DNA of 64,000 nt from a virus. Taxonomy: Duplodnaviria; Caudoviricetes. The stretch's first letter is position 1. Every line of letters begins with the position of its first letter. The notes beneath the pieces were generated by a model. The model searched no databases, was not told the DNA's origin, and was given only the letters and a program-made list of their open reading frames with translations. A program made the position numbers and the translations under genes. Shown here in pieces: positions 45,313-55,066 of this stretch. The stretch lies in the IMG/VR virus record IMGVR_UViG_3300031993_000004, positions 192,001 through 256,000 of that record. One strand, 5' to 3'.

Positions 45313-47541
45313 ATGGCGAAGCCGAGAAAAACTGAACTTCCGGATGAAGTTTTGAAATGGATGAATCCGGATATGGAAGATGAGACTACGTCGGGTAAGG
45401 GAGACGACGAAGATCTCGAAGTAACTCCCGAAGGCGTCGGTGCTGGAGGATTCACAAATTCTCCATTGGTGACATATACGAAGCTGTCACCATTCAAGAA
45501 CTCACCGCGTAATCAACCGATCTCGAAGATCATCATTCATCACATGGCAGGCGTTGCATCAGTCGAATCATTCGGCGAGATTGTTACCGCTCCTGGTCGT
45601 GAAATGAGTGCAAACTATGCTATCGGTAACGATGGACGCATTGGTTTGTATTGCTCGGAAGAAGACAGATGCTGGTGCTCATCTTCTGCATGGGTTGACC
45701 ACCGCGGAATTGCAATTGAAGTATCAAACTCCAAACTTGGAGAACCTTGGCCAATCTCCAAGAAAGCATGGGATTCTATGATCAATCTGTGTGCCGATAT
45801 CTGCAAACGTAACAACATTCCGAAGCTGGTTTACACTGGTGACAAAACAGGTTCACTATGCTTCCACAGATGGTTTGCTGCGACAGGTTGTGTTCCGATT
45901 GATACAACCGAATTGCTCACCGAAAAGGGCTGGCAATATCTGCGCGATCTGAAGATCGGTGATAAGGTCGCAACAGTAACTACGAAAAACTTCTGCATCA
46001 AGTTCAATCCGATCGAGAACATGGTCACTCCGAAGTTGGATACGGTATACCATGTCGGTGATATGACGATCACACGTGATCACAGAGTTCTGAATCAGGA
46101 TCCTGGAAAAATGGACGGATACAACCTGAAGCAATATCAGCTGATTTGCGATGGTCCATTCTCCGTTCCGTGCGCAGGTTACACTACATTCCCGGGACTG
46201 GACATCTCTTCTTCCGAGATGGTCTTCCTGTTGGAAATGCAGCGCATCGGAAATCTGTCTGACGATGGGAAAACTCTCGAGTTCTCATACATCACAGAAA
46301 ATCAAGTTGGATACTTTGATACCCTGGTGAAGAACTGTGGGTTTGAATGCACCCGCACGCAGGATGATCTCGGACCGGTGGTTTTCCGCGTCACATCAAT
46401 TCGCGCATTGTCTCTGGTGAATCGTTTCTTGTCTGGAAAAGACTTCACTTGGGAATGGCTGAAGATGAATCCGACACAGTTCTCGTATTTCATCTACAAA
46501 GTCACGACGCATGAAAATGGTACATGGAACAGACATTATCATTCTGCGTCGAATGTCAATGTTGATGTCGTTCAGGCAATCTGCGCATTGAACGAGCGTG
46601 CCACGAAGTACGATCCAATCGATGGCATCCTGTACGTGTCAGACACTGGAAGCCGCAGTGTGAATCCACGGGAATCTACAGCACAGGAAAACATCATGGT
46701 TTCCTGTGTTACCGTTAAAGGTGAATGCTTCCTGATGCGCCAGAACGGAGTTACCACTTTGACCGGCAACTGTCCTGGTGAATATATCTTCTCCCGCGCA
46801 CAGCAGATCTGTGATGAAGTTAATGCAAAACTTGAGGAGCTTCGTGATGAAGAAATGCAAGAAGCTCTGAAAGAGCAAGCTAAACAGAAGGAAACTGCAA
46901 AACAGGAAGAAACACTTCCAGAAGTCGTTCCGGTTAAACTGGCAACGGGATGCATGGTTAAGTTCAATTCGCCGGATGCGACGTATTACACAGGTGCTCC
47001 GATTCCTGCATGGGTGAAGAATCAGAATTGGTATGTCACAAGCGTGATTGGTTCACGGGTTGTTCTCGGACGAAATGAATCCAATAACGCAAATATCAAT
47101 TCCCCGGTTGATGCAAAGTATCTGACAGTGATTGAAAATGCTGCCGCACAGCCGGAAAAGAAGTTTGTTCCTTATACGAAGAAATTCATACAGGGAACAA
47201 AAATCTATGATATCAGCACCAAGATCGCAATTAAGATGATCACCGTTGCCGGCGTGTACACCATCGTCGATGAGGCTGTCACTGATGGTGTGAAGTACGG
47301 CAAACTGAAATCTGGTGCAGGCTGGGTGGTTTTGTCAGCAAATCCTAACATCACCAGCAATATCATCTGTGAAGGTGACACCGTATCGGTTATCAAGCCG
47401 ATTACTTACGATGGGAAGGCATTCAATGTCTATGAGAAGTCATACAAGGTTCTCCGTGTCGCCGGAAACCGTGTCGTGATTTCTTCTGATGGAAAGAATG
47501 TCACCGCAGCTGTACAAGCATCGAATCTGATCAAACTTTAA
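45313..47541 (+). CDS. Intein-containing N-acetylmuramoyl-L-alanine amidase (Amidase_2) endolysin with SH3-like C-terminal domains
   Basis: IIIHHMAG, SANYAIG, IAIEVSN, HRWFAATG-[intein]-CPG; C-terminal YGKLKSGAGWV SH3-like module. Confidence 0.9.
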   Translation: MAKPRKTELPDEVLKWMNPDMEDETTSGKGDDEDLEVTPEGVGAGGFTNSPLVTYTKLSPFKNSPRNQPISKIIIHHMAGVASVESFGEIVTAPGREMSANYAIGNDGRIGLYCSEEDRCWCSSSAWVDHRGIAIEVSNSKLGEPWPISKKAWDSMINLCADICKRNNIPKLVYTGDKTGSLCFHRWFAATGCVPIDTTELLTEKGWQYLRDLKIGDKVATVTTKNFCIKFNPIENMVTPKLDTVYHVGDMTITRDHRVLNQDPGKMDGYNLKQYQLICDGPFSVPCAGYTTFPGLDISSSEMVFLLEMQRIGNLSDDGKTLEFSYITENQVGYFDTLVKNCGFECTRTQDDLGPVVFRVTSIRALSLVNRFLSGKDFTWEWLKMNPTQFSYFIYKVTTHENGTWNRHYHSASNVNVDVVQAICALNERATKYDPIDGILYVSDTGSRSVNPRESTAQENIMVSCVTVKGECFLMRQNGVTTLTGNCPGEYIFSRAQQICDEVNAKLEELRDEEMQEALKEQAKQKETAKQEETLPEVVPVKLATGCMVKFNSPDATYYTGAPIPAWVKNQNWYVTSVIGSRVVLGRNESNNANINSPVDAKYLTVIENAAAQPEKKFVPYTKKFIQGTKIYDISTKIAIKMITVAGVYTIVDEAVTDGVKYGKLKSGAGWVVLSANPNITSNIICEGDTVSVIKPITYDGKAFNVYEKSYKVLRVAGNRVVISSDGKNVTAAVQASNLIKL
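45889..46770 (+). mobile_element. Class 1 intein (294 aa) with degenerate LAGLIDADG-like region
   Basis: Block A C-VPIDTTELLTEKGW..L.DLKIGDKV; block B TRDHRV; blocks F/G VSCVTV...FLMRQNG..TLTGN followed by Cys+1. Confidence 0.9.
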
Positions 47542-47552
47542 CCAAAAAAAAA

Positions 47553-47579
47553 TAGATGGGGGCGCGAAGCCCCCATCTG
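47553..47579. terminator. Bidirectional terminator
   Basis: A run, then AGATGGGGGC-gcgaa-GCCCCCATCT. Confidence 0.8.
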
Positions 47580-47580
47580 T

Positions 47581-47904
47581 TCAATTCGTATATGTCAACT
47601 CAGAGACGTCACCGTCCCTGATGCATCTGATCGATATCTGGCACATCCCGTTGTTCGAATTATCGAACTGGGTGTACCATCCGATCAGGATGGTGTCCAT
47701 CGTCTCTGTATCTATAACAATGGAACGCGAATTCGTCCGGTAAACCCAGTTGCCCCGGACGAATTCTATGATCTCTAACGAGCTTCCGTAACGGAACTCG
47801 ATTCTATTTCCCGGGACTGTGAATGCACACCCCAGGATATATAACGGAATATATTTATATTTCATTTGTTTCATCCTTTCCTTTTCCTTTATTTTTTCTT
47901 TCAA
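47581..47904 (-). CDS. Hypothetical protein
   Basis: 107-aa ORF; true start may be the internal Met after AAAGGA. Confidence 0.5.
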   Translation of the reverse strand: MKEKIKEKERMKQMKYKYIPLYILGCAFTVPGNRIEFRYGSSLEIIEFVRGNWVYRTNSRSIVIDTETMDTILIGWYTQFDNSNNGMCQISIRCIRDGDVSELTYTN

Positions 47905-47952
47905 AAAAGAACGGCTGTGCGTGTGCGCAACCGTCCCTTTTCAACTGCGGGA

Positions 47953-48531
47953 TTAGAACCCACAGTTGACCGAGCCCTTAAGCCCGGCGGTACCACCTGC
48001 GTCGATCGTCGCAGGATCGATTCCATCGACGTCGATGTTGACGCCGCGCTTGGACTTGGACGTGGCAACGATAGTCATGGCCGTCAGGCCGCCGACCATG
48101 GCAAGACCGGCAACGGCAGTCCCGATCAAGACTCTACGTCCGACACGGGCGTTTTTGACAGCTTCCTGCTGGGTGATAGGGAGAGCTTCAAACTCAGCCT
48201 TTCTTGCCGCGCGCCGTTCCTTGCGGCTCGGCTTCAATGCCTTAGCGGCTTTGCGCTCTTCGCGAGCAGCCTTACGCTCAGCGCGCTTTTCAGCGCGTGC
48301 AGCCTTCTTGTCAGTTGCGGTTTCTGCAACGACGTCGTCGGCTTCTGCAGCGTCGTTCATCTCGGTGTTGAGATCTTCGAAGACCTCAACTGCGTTCTCA
48401 GCAGTATCTGCTGCAGCTTCCACTGCGATTTCATCCGTCGTTGTGACGATCTCGGCTTCCTGCTGCACCTGCTGTGCCTTGGTGGTGGCTTTCTTGGTAT
48501 TGGTAGTATTCTTTTTCATAATGGTCCTCAC
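47953..48531 (-). CDS. Ala/Lys/Glu-rich single-pass membrane protein
   Basis: GAGGAG RBS; acidic then basic helices; TM segment VLIGTAVAGLAMVGGLTAMTIVA; locally GC-rich. Confidence 0.7.
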   Translation of the reverse strand: MRTIMKKNTTNTKKATTKAQQVQQEAEIVTTTDEIAVEAAADTAENAVEVFEDLNTEMNDAAEADDVVAETATDKKAARAEKRAERKAAREERKAAKALKPSRKERRAARKAEFEALPITQQEAVKNARVGRRVLIGTAVAGLAMVGGLTAMTIVATSKSKRGVNIDVDGIDPATIDAGGTAGLKGSVNCGF

Positions 48532-48779
48532 TTTCTCCTCTTACGAGGTTGCGGCGACGCTAAGCTTCTGCGCCGCCTAAATCAAATTTTATTATGAATA
48601 TTGGAAGTTGTTTTTACACTTCTTCCTTTATTCATAATAATAATATATATATGAAATATTAGATTTTCCGCAGAATTATTCCTTTCTGGATACACATATT
48701 ATTTGCCCGATGACCCCGGGACTATCTAACAATCCATATTGGGTTTATCATGAAAATTCAGGAAAGTGAGGAATTGTTT

Positions 48780-50630
48780 ATGGCTGAGCTTATCCGTTCA
48801 AATCCCCCGAAGCCTATGAATTATTCCACGGATTCGGTATTATTTGATGTCAGATATTACCGGCAATCCAGTCAAAATAAAGAGTGCTTTGAGGTTATAA
48901 CTTGGAATCCTTTGACACGTCAATTGGAAGTGAACTATGAAGAACCGATCATTGATATCTGGTTCTTGAAACCGGAATTCCGCACAAACACATATCAGAT
49001 TGCACAGGTGAACAAAGATCAATGCTATCCATTCTATTGCAAACCGTCTCAGGTTTCACGAGTAATTGCCCAGGAGATTGGTGGAGAATGGGAAGACTGG
49101 TATATGACCAATCGAGACCAATATGACAGAAATGATGTGACGAAACATATGTGTGAATGCCCATGGGTATTTGCAGCAGACTTTGAACCAACTGTGCACT
49201 TCCGCCTTAGATGGTTTGAGCAATATGGAAAGACCATCGATCTGACAAAGGTCAGTACAGCACAACTTGATATTGAGACCGATGTCATTGACAGACCCGC
49301 TGATCCGAAAGATATCTGGAATTCTCCCAATCCGATCAACGCAGTGTCATTGATACTCCCTCATGTCAAGATTGCAGTATTGTTTGCATTGGGTCCGCGT
49401 CCGAAACATAAGATTGATCAGAAGTTTTGGCCGTATCTGGAGATGCAAGAAAAGGAATACAAGTGGCTGTGCGAACATCAGGATGAATTTAAACGCATGA
49501 TGCGTGAAGATGATCCTGACAACATGAAATGGTTGGAAGGATTCGATATCCGATTGCACATCTTTGAATATGATGATGAAATCAAAATGATCAAAACCGT
49601 ATTTGATTACATCAACAAATATCGTCCGATGTTCTTGGAATCATGGAACGCGAAGTTTGACCATCCGAGACTGTGGCACCGCATTGAATATCTTGGATAT
49701 GATCCGAAAGATTTCATCATCCCGAAAGATTTCAAGACGAACAGAATCTTCTATCAGGAAGATCAGTCTGGCAACTTCCAGATGAAAAACTCTCGAGATT
49801 GGTTCCAGACATCAACGTACACAATCTATATCTGCCAAATGAGATTGTTTGCGGCAATTCGGAAGTCACAACAAGAACGCCGTTCATATTCGTTGAATTC
49901 TGTCGGCAAAGATATGTGCAACATTGTGAAATTGACAGATACGAAATCCGGATCATTCCGCACGTTTGCATACACAGACTATCTGAAGTTCCTGCTATAT
50001 AACTTCCGTGATACGGTTGTTCAATATGCAATCGAGCACACGACAAACGATTGTCGTACGTTGGTATCACGTTCATTCAACTTTGCGACGATATATTCCA
50101 AGTGTTTCCAAGAGACACACATCGTACGAAATGCGCGTGAGTATTATTACCGCAAATTTTCGAATACGGTACAAGCGTGTCGTTTGATTGTTGACAGAGA
50201 TCTCGATACTGCATTCAAAGGTGCATTCGTTGCGCCGCCTGAAAAGAATGCACCGACTGGTTTGATCTTAAATGGTAAGAACCACAATAACATCATATTC
50301 GGTGCATTGGATGCTGATGCCGCATCCTACTATCCATCCACAAAAATGGGTATGAACATGGATCCAATGTCCTTGCTGTACAAATGTATCATTCCAAACA
50401 GTGTATTTGAAACGGGCGAGTGTGTAAACCGTTCATTGAATCAGGTATACGAATGGAATGACTCGAAGAACAAGCCACACCCAGAAGATATGTCGGGACC
50501 AATTATCAATGCATTCAAGAACAGAAATGTGTGTGCATTGATGAATAACTGGTTTGGTCTTCCAACGATTACTGAGTACATTGAATACTTGGATGCATGT
50601 GATACAAAAATAACAGAAAGAAGGATGTAA
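48780..50630 (+). CDS. Family B DNA polymerase, N-terminal part (3'-5' exonuclease + palm motif A); split polymerase
   Basis: LDIETD (ExoI), SWNAKFD (ExoII), SYSLNSV, YNFRD (ExoIII), FKGAFV, DAASYYPS (motif A); no KxxxNSxYG or YxDTDS seen. Confidence 0.85.
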   Translation: MAELIRSNPPKPMNYSTDSVLFDVRYYRQSSQNKECFEVITWNPLTRQLEVNYEEPIIDIWFLKPEFRTNTYQIAQVNKDQCYPFYCKPSQVSRVIAQEIGGEWEDWYMTNRDQYDRNDVTKHMCECPWVFAADFEPTVHFRLRWFEQYGKTIDLTKVSTAQLDIETDVIDRPADPKDIWNSPNPINAVSLILPHVKIAVLFALGPRPKHKIDQKFWPYLEMQEKEYKWLCEHQDEFKRMMREDDPDNMKWLEGFDIRLHIFEYDDEIKMIKTVFDYINKYRPMFLESWNAKFDHPRLWHRIEYLGYDPKDFIIPKDFKTNRIFYQEDQSGNFQMKNSRDWFQTSTYTIYICQMRLFAAIRKSQQERRSYSLNSVGKDMCNIVKLTDTKSGSFRTFAYTDYLKFLLYNFRDTVVQYAIEHTTNDCRTLVSRSFNFATIYSKCFQETHIVRNAREYYYRKFSNTVQACRLIVDRDLDTAFKGAFVAPPEKNAPTGLILNGKNHNNIIFGALDADAASYYPSTKMGMNMDPMSLLYKCIIPNSVFETGECVNRSLNQVYEWNDSKNKPHPEDMSGPIINAFKNRNVCALMNNWFGLPTITEYIEYLDACDTKITERRM

Positions 50631-50633
50631 CCT

Positions 50634-52910
50634 ATGTCAGTTATGTGCTTTGATGATGATATTCCGTCGATCAATCTTGGAGAAACTTCCAAACGTTACA
50701 TGTCATTATATGGTATGAATATCATATTGCAACGTGCGATTCCTATGTTGACTGATGGGTTGAAACCGATCCATCGCCGTATCATCTGGGCAATCAAACG
50801 CGCATCAAACGGTGATCAGATGAAGGTTGCTGAGATTCAGGGTGATACGATGAAGTTCTCTCCGCACTCTGAACTCGGAACTCGTTTCATTGTTGCTGGA
50901 TTGGCACAGCCGTTTGCCAATAATGTCCCGTTGTTGGCGTCTTCATCTGGATATGGTACACCGACTTGTGGTGATGATGTTGCTGCTGCCAGATATTGGA
51001 GTGCGGGTATATCCAAATTCGCGATGGAAGTATTCTTCAAAGAATTTGACCCGAATGTAAACATGAAAGACAATTATGATGGGAAATATCGGGAACCGAT
51101 TACGTTTCCATCGAAGTTTCCAACGATTCTGTTGAACGGCTCCCATGGTATTGCATACTCCATGTCATCTGATGTGCTCCCATACAATATCAATGAAGTC
51201 GCAGACGCAACAATCAAGCTGCTGAAGAACCCGCAAGCAAAAGTAAACTTGATTCCAGATTCACCGACAGGTTGTGATGTGATTAAGCGTGACGACACAA
51301 CGTTCATCTTCCAGTCTTCATATGAAGTGGACAATGTTAACTATACAATCACGATTAAGAACACTCCGGTCGGTGAATATCTGACCGATATCGATAAGAA
51401 ACTTCGTGAGATCCAGTTGTCGGCAAATCCAATCAAAGAGATCATGTCTGCAGACAATGAATCCGATTTGATTGAAGGCGGTTTCCGGTATGTCATTCGT
51501 TGTAAACCATGCAACCTGTATCAGGTGATCAATACGTTATTCCGTCGCGTACCGGGATTCCGGATTACTGTGTCAACACGTAACTGCAGCGTAGTTGACG
51601 CGAATAACCAGGTGCAATATTACAATGAACGACAAATCCTTTTGTCATGGATTGCCAACCGTTTGATCGAAAAGCGTGCATGGTATCTGAGACGTCTCGT
51701 TCTGGTGTCTACAGAATACAATATGCTTGACGGCAAGCGTTTCATGTTGTCTCCTGAGAATTTGTCAAAGACCATTCGAGTATTCCGAAAGTGTGAGACT
51801 GAAGAAGAAATCATCCAATCGTTGGTTGATGCATATAATGGTAAAGTCTCAACATCACAAGCAAACTTTGTCTCTGGTCTGAAGATGTCAAAACTGACAA
51901 ACGGTGAGTACAAGAAAACAATTGCACGAATCGAAGAGATCTCCGAAGACATTACGAATTTGAAGGCAATCGTCAATGATCCGGAATGTGTTCGTGACAA
52001 AATCATTTCTGACATCAAAGATATCAGAAACAGATTCGGAAATCCGAGACGTTCAAAGATTCTGAACAATCAGGGTGGAGAGAATGTCAATATCGGAATC
52101 TGCCAGATCTTGACAGATGGAACGGTCTTATTCTCAGAGACAGAAAATCTGAACCATTTTGCATCAGATGTGACACCTATCGATGGTGATGAAGTGTGTC
52201 TCATTGATCAATATGGTAAATCGTTATGGGTTAATGTCAACCAAGTCCCGCATGACACACCTATCGCATTGACGGCTATCGGGAAAGAACCGATGGGTGC
52301 GTGCATCGCAGTAATTCCCCGGTCGTCACGATCAATTGTGATGCTGTCGAATCATGGCCGCATTAAACTGATGCCGATCGAAAAGATCCCGTCCAACCAG
52401 TCCAGAAAAGCATTAATGCCTCTGAATGATGGTGAATACATCGTGTCGATTCTGAATGTTGATCAGAATTCTGAAGACCTGTTGGTATATACCTCGGATG
52501 GATATGGAAAACGATTCTCTGTATCTGATCTGAATTCTGTCAATTCTCCGGACGCGCAAGGTCAATTCATCGTGAAGGGGTATGAGGTTGCTGGAATATT
52601 TGCAGTAAGTTCCAGTAAACCGTTCATTTTCTATGCTACACGGCTGGGACGAGTTCGTTTGAACAATGCCCGCTTCCTGGTTACAGGAAAGAAATTTGCA
52701 GGAGTGAAGCCAATCATCAAGCTGTCGCAGCAGGATGATTTGGTATCCGTATTCTGCGCAGATAAAGATCAGAGTGTGACATTGTATCATGCGGATGGAC
52801 GGAGTTCCACTATCAATCTTGAATCATTGGATGTCGTCACAACAAATACCCCGCCGGCCAAACCGAAGCATGTTCCCGCAGTGAAAGTCATCAGAGCAAC
52901 ATTGTCATGA
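50634..52910 (+). CDS. Type IIA DNA topoisomerase subunit A (GyrA/ParC-like)
   Basis: RAIPMLTDGLKPIHRRI, SPHS, AAARY (catalytic Tyr), FPTILLNGSHGIA, FGNPRRSKI, C-terminal pinwheel-like repeats. Confidence 0.9.
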   Translation: MSVMCFDDDIPSINLGETSKRYMSLYGMNIILQRAIPMLTDGLKPIHRRIIWAIKRASNGDQMKVAEIQGDTMKFSPHSELGTRFIVAGLAQPFANNVPLLASSSGYGTPTCGDDVAAARYWSAGISKFAMEVFFKEFDPNVNMKDNYDGKYREPITFPSKFPTILLNGSHGIAYSMSSDVLPYNINEVADATIKLLKNPQAKVNLIPDSPTGCDVIKRDDTTFIFQSSYEVDNVNYTITIKNTPVGEYLTDIDKKLREIQLSANPIKEIMSADNESDLIEGGFRYVIRCKPCNLYQVINTLFRRVPGFRITVSTRNCSVVDANNQVQYYNERQILLSWIANRLIEKRAWYLRRLVLVSTEYNMLDGKRFMLSPENLSKTIRVFRKCETEEEIIQSLVDAYNGKVSTSQANFVSGLKMSKLTNGEYKKTIARIEEISEDITNLKAIVNDPECVRDKIISDIKDIRNRFGNPRRSKILNNQGGENVNIGICQILTDGTVLFSETENLNHFASDVTPIDGDEVCLIDQYGKSLWVNVNQVPHDTPIALTAIGKEPMGACIAVIPRSSRSIVMLSNHGRIKLMPIEKIPSNQSRKALMPLNDGEYIVSILNVDQNSEDLLVYTSDGYGKRFSVSDLNSVNSPDAQGQFIVKGYEVAGIFAVSSSKPFIFYATRLGRVRLNNARFLVTGKKFAGVKPIIKLSQQDDLVSVFCADKDQSVTLYHADGRSSTINLESLDVVTTNTPPAKPKHVPAVKVIRATLS

Positions 52911-52914
52911 AAGG

Positions 52915-53145
52915 ATGAGATCGATGAAATTGAAGGCCTTGCTTACGAAGAAGATTGTTTTGCCATCAAAGATTCAGAAGAAAGGTGGACACAAAGTTCT
53001 GACCAAAACCGAGGATTTCCGGCTGTATGCGATTCGTGATAAGAACGATGAGATTCTCGGTACAATACTTCTGACAGATGGACAGTTTGAAGTGTTAAAC
53101 AACGCCATCAATCCGGAAGGAATATTTGTCACGACAGGGAAGTGA
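52915..53145 (+). CDS. Small hypothetical protein
   Basis: 76-aa ORF filling the operon gap. Confidence 0.5.
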   Translation: MRSMKLKALLTKKIVLPSKIQKKGGHKVLTKTEDFRLYAIRDKNDEILGTILLTDGQFEVLNNAINPEGIFVTTGK

Positions 53146-53150
53146 GTTAA

Positions 53151-54680
53151 TTGTCATTCAAAGTGACAATTCGTGCGACGTCCATAACGGTGCAACCGGG
53201 AGAGGAAGCAATGCTCCCGTTAGCACCGTTATTGGATATGCATGAATACGAAAATGAATACCAGGAAACAACCAGTGTGTTGGGATACATGTATGATGAA
53301 GAGCATGACACATTGTATTTCCACAAGGGAGTTGATCTGGATTATCTGCGTCGTCTGTTGGGTGACGTTGAATTTGCATATGACAGATTTGACGAATACA
53401 AACAGATGAACTACCAGTTCGAAGAAGCTTTCTCTCCGCGTGATGATGACCAGCAGGACGTCATCGATTTCATTTCTGCCAAACCGCCATACCGAGATAA
53501 TATCGCTGAACCACAAATATTTGTGGTGAAAAGAGGTGGATTCGGCAAGACATATTGTGCTGGATATGGCATGGGCGTTCTCGGAATGAAAACGCTCATT
53601 ATCATGCACAGAGACACATTGCGCACGCAATGGATGAACTCATTGTACGATTTGAATGGATACCCATCATCTGCAGTGTATGAACTCACATCATCTGCTG
53701 AATTGGACGCCATTGCGCGGGGAGAACTTAAACTTGATTATGACGTGTATCTGATGACACATGCAACATTCCAAGCCGCGTGTAATCGGCTTCGAGATTG
53801 CGAGTTAATCAGAAACATCACGAAGAATCTGTACATCGGATTTAAGATTATTGATGAAGCCCATCTGTATTTCAAGGATACGCTGTTGATGGATTTTCTT
53901 TTCAATGTGAAACGGAATCTGTATCTGACAGCAACAGATGGCAGATCATCAAAAGACGAGAACGCAATTTTCCGTCATGCATTCTCAAAAGCAATCTTTT
54001 ACCGAAAGCAGTCAATAACTGGTGAGAAGCATCCATCTAAATGGGTTGAATATATCACGGTTGATATCGATACACATTGCAAACCAAACGTGTATAAATA
54101 TCGTGTGAACGGCGGTCGTGGAATGTCCGCAATCACGTATGGCAAATGGGTGATTCAATACGACAAAAAACAAACACACTTCAAAGTGTGTCGCGATATC
54201 ATCAAAGAAATCTATGCACAAGAACCTTCTGCAAAGGTTATTGTCTTCATGCCACTGATTGATCTGTGCACAGATTGTGCCTATTTTCTGAATATGGAAT
54301 TAAGTAATGACGAATCATTCGAGTATTCGCTTGACATCAAAACAGTCAATTCTCACAATTCCAAATCAGAAAATGATTACAATAAGCATCACGCTGATGT
54401 TATTGTAACGACGGTTCAATCGCTTGGTACCGGTCAGGATATTCATGGTATCACTGACATCATATGTTGTTCACCATTGGTTTCGAAGATCACAACGCAA
54501 CAGGTTCTGTGGCGTATTAGATATATCCCGAAACCTTGTCACTACTACGACATCGTAGACACATCTGTACCAGCTGACAGATACTGGTGGCAATCTCGTT
54601 CAAAGACATTGAAAGCAATGACAACGAAGTATACACACATCTCATGGAGCGAGGAGGTGACGAATAATGACACCGATTAA
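53151..54680 (+). CDS. Superfamily 2 helicase (UvsW/XPB-like)
   Basis: GGFGKT (Walker A), IIDEAH, LTAT, IVTTVQSLGTGQDI, QQVLWRIR. Confidence 0.85.
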   Translation: MSFKVTIRATSITVQPGEEAMLPLAPLLDMHEYENEYQETTSVLGYMYDEEHDTLYFHKGVDLDYLRRLLGDVEFAYDRFDEYKQMNYQFEEAFSPRDDDQQDVIDFISAKPPYRDNIAEPQIFVVKRGGFGKTYCAGYGMGVLGMKTLIIMHRDTLRTQWMNSLYDLNGYPSSAVYELTSSAELDAIARGELKLDYDVYLMTHATFQAACNRLRDCELIRNITKNLYIGFKIIDEAHLYFKDTLLMDFLFNVKRNLYLTATDGRSSKDENAIFRHAFSKAIFYRKQSITGEKHPSKWVEYITVDIDTHCKPNVYKYRVNGGRGMSAITYGKWVIQYDKKQTHFKVCRDIIKEIYAQEPSAKVIVFMPLIDLCTDCAYFLNMELSNDESFEYSLDIKTVNSHNSKSENDYNKHHADVIVTTVQSLGTGQDIHGITDIICCSPLVSKITTQQVLWRIRYIPKPCHYYDIVDTSVPADRYWWQSRSKTLKAMTTKYTHISWSEEVTNNDTD

Positions 54681-55035
54681 AACAATTACTGATCTTTTGT
54701 CACGACATTCAATTCGTGTACGATCGGCTGCGTTGTCAATGATCTGTCCGTGGCTTGTGTATTTCATACTGGATTCATTCACGGATATGTGGTATATATA
54801 CCAGGCAGCGATTTCATTTGCATCGTTCATGTTGTTGTATCAGATCATCGTCGCTATGACAAAACGAAACTTGAAGATGGATCTGATTGCATACAATAAA
54901 CAGCGCGATGAAGAGAACCACGAATTCATTACGATGATCCTGGATGGGAAACTTTATACCGATAATCATATAATGGATGCAATCGAAGCTTTGGTGAAAG
55001 AGAAGCAAAAACGTGAGACAGATGGACAAGATTGA
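54667..55035 (+). CDS. Two-TM membrane protein
   Basis: GAGGAGG RBS; two hydrophobic segments. Confidence 0.65.
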   Translation: MTPIKTITDLLSRHSIRVRSAALSMICPWLVYFILDSFTDMWYIYQAAISFASFMLLYQIIVAMTKRNLKMDLIAYNKQRDEENHEFITMILDGKLYTDNHIMDAIEALVKEKQKRETDGQD

Positions 55036-55058
55036 TAGCGGGGCAATGCCCCGCTATC
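55034..55058. terminator. Bidirectional terminator
   Basis: GATAGCGGGGC-aat-GCCCCGCTATC. Confidence 0.8.
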
Positions 55059-55066
55059 AAATCTCA

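Noticed and set aside
48780-50630. Polymerase as a pseudogene or intron-interrupted gene
   Set aside because: Motifs are intact, the next gene follows immediately, and split PolB is known in this phage group
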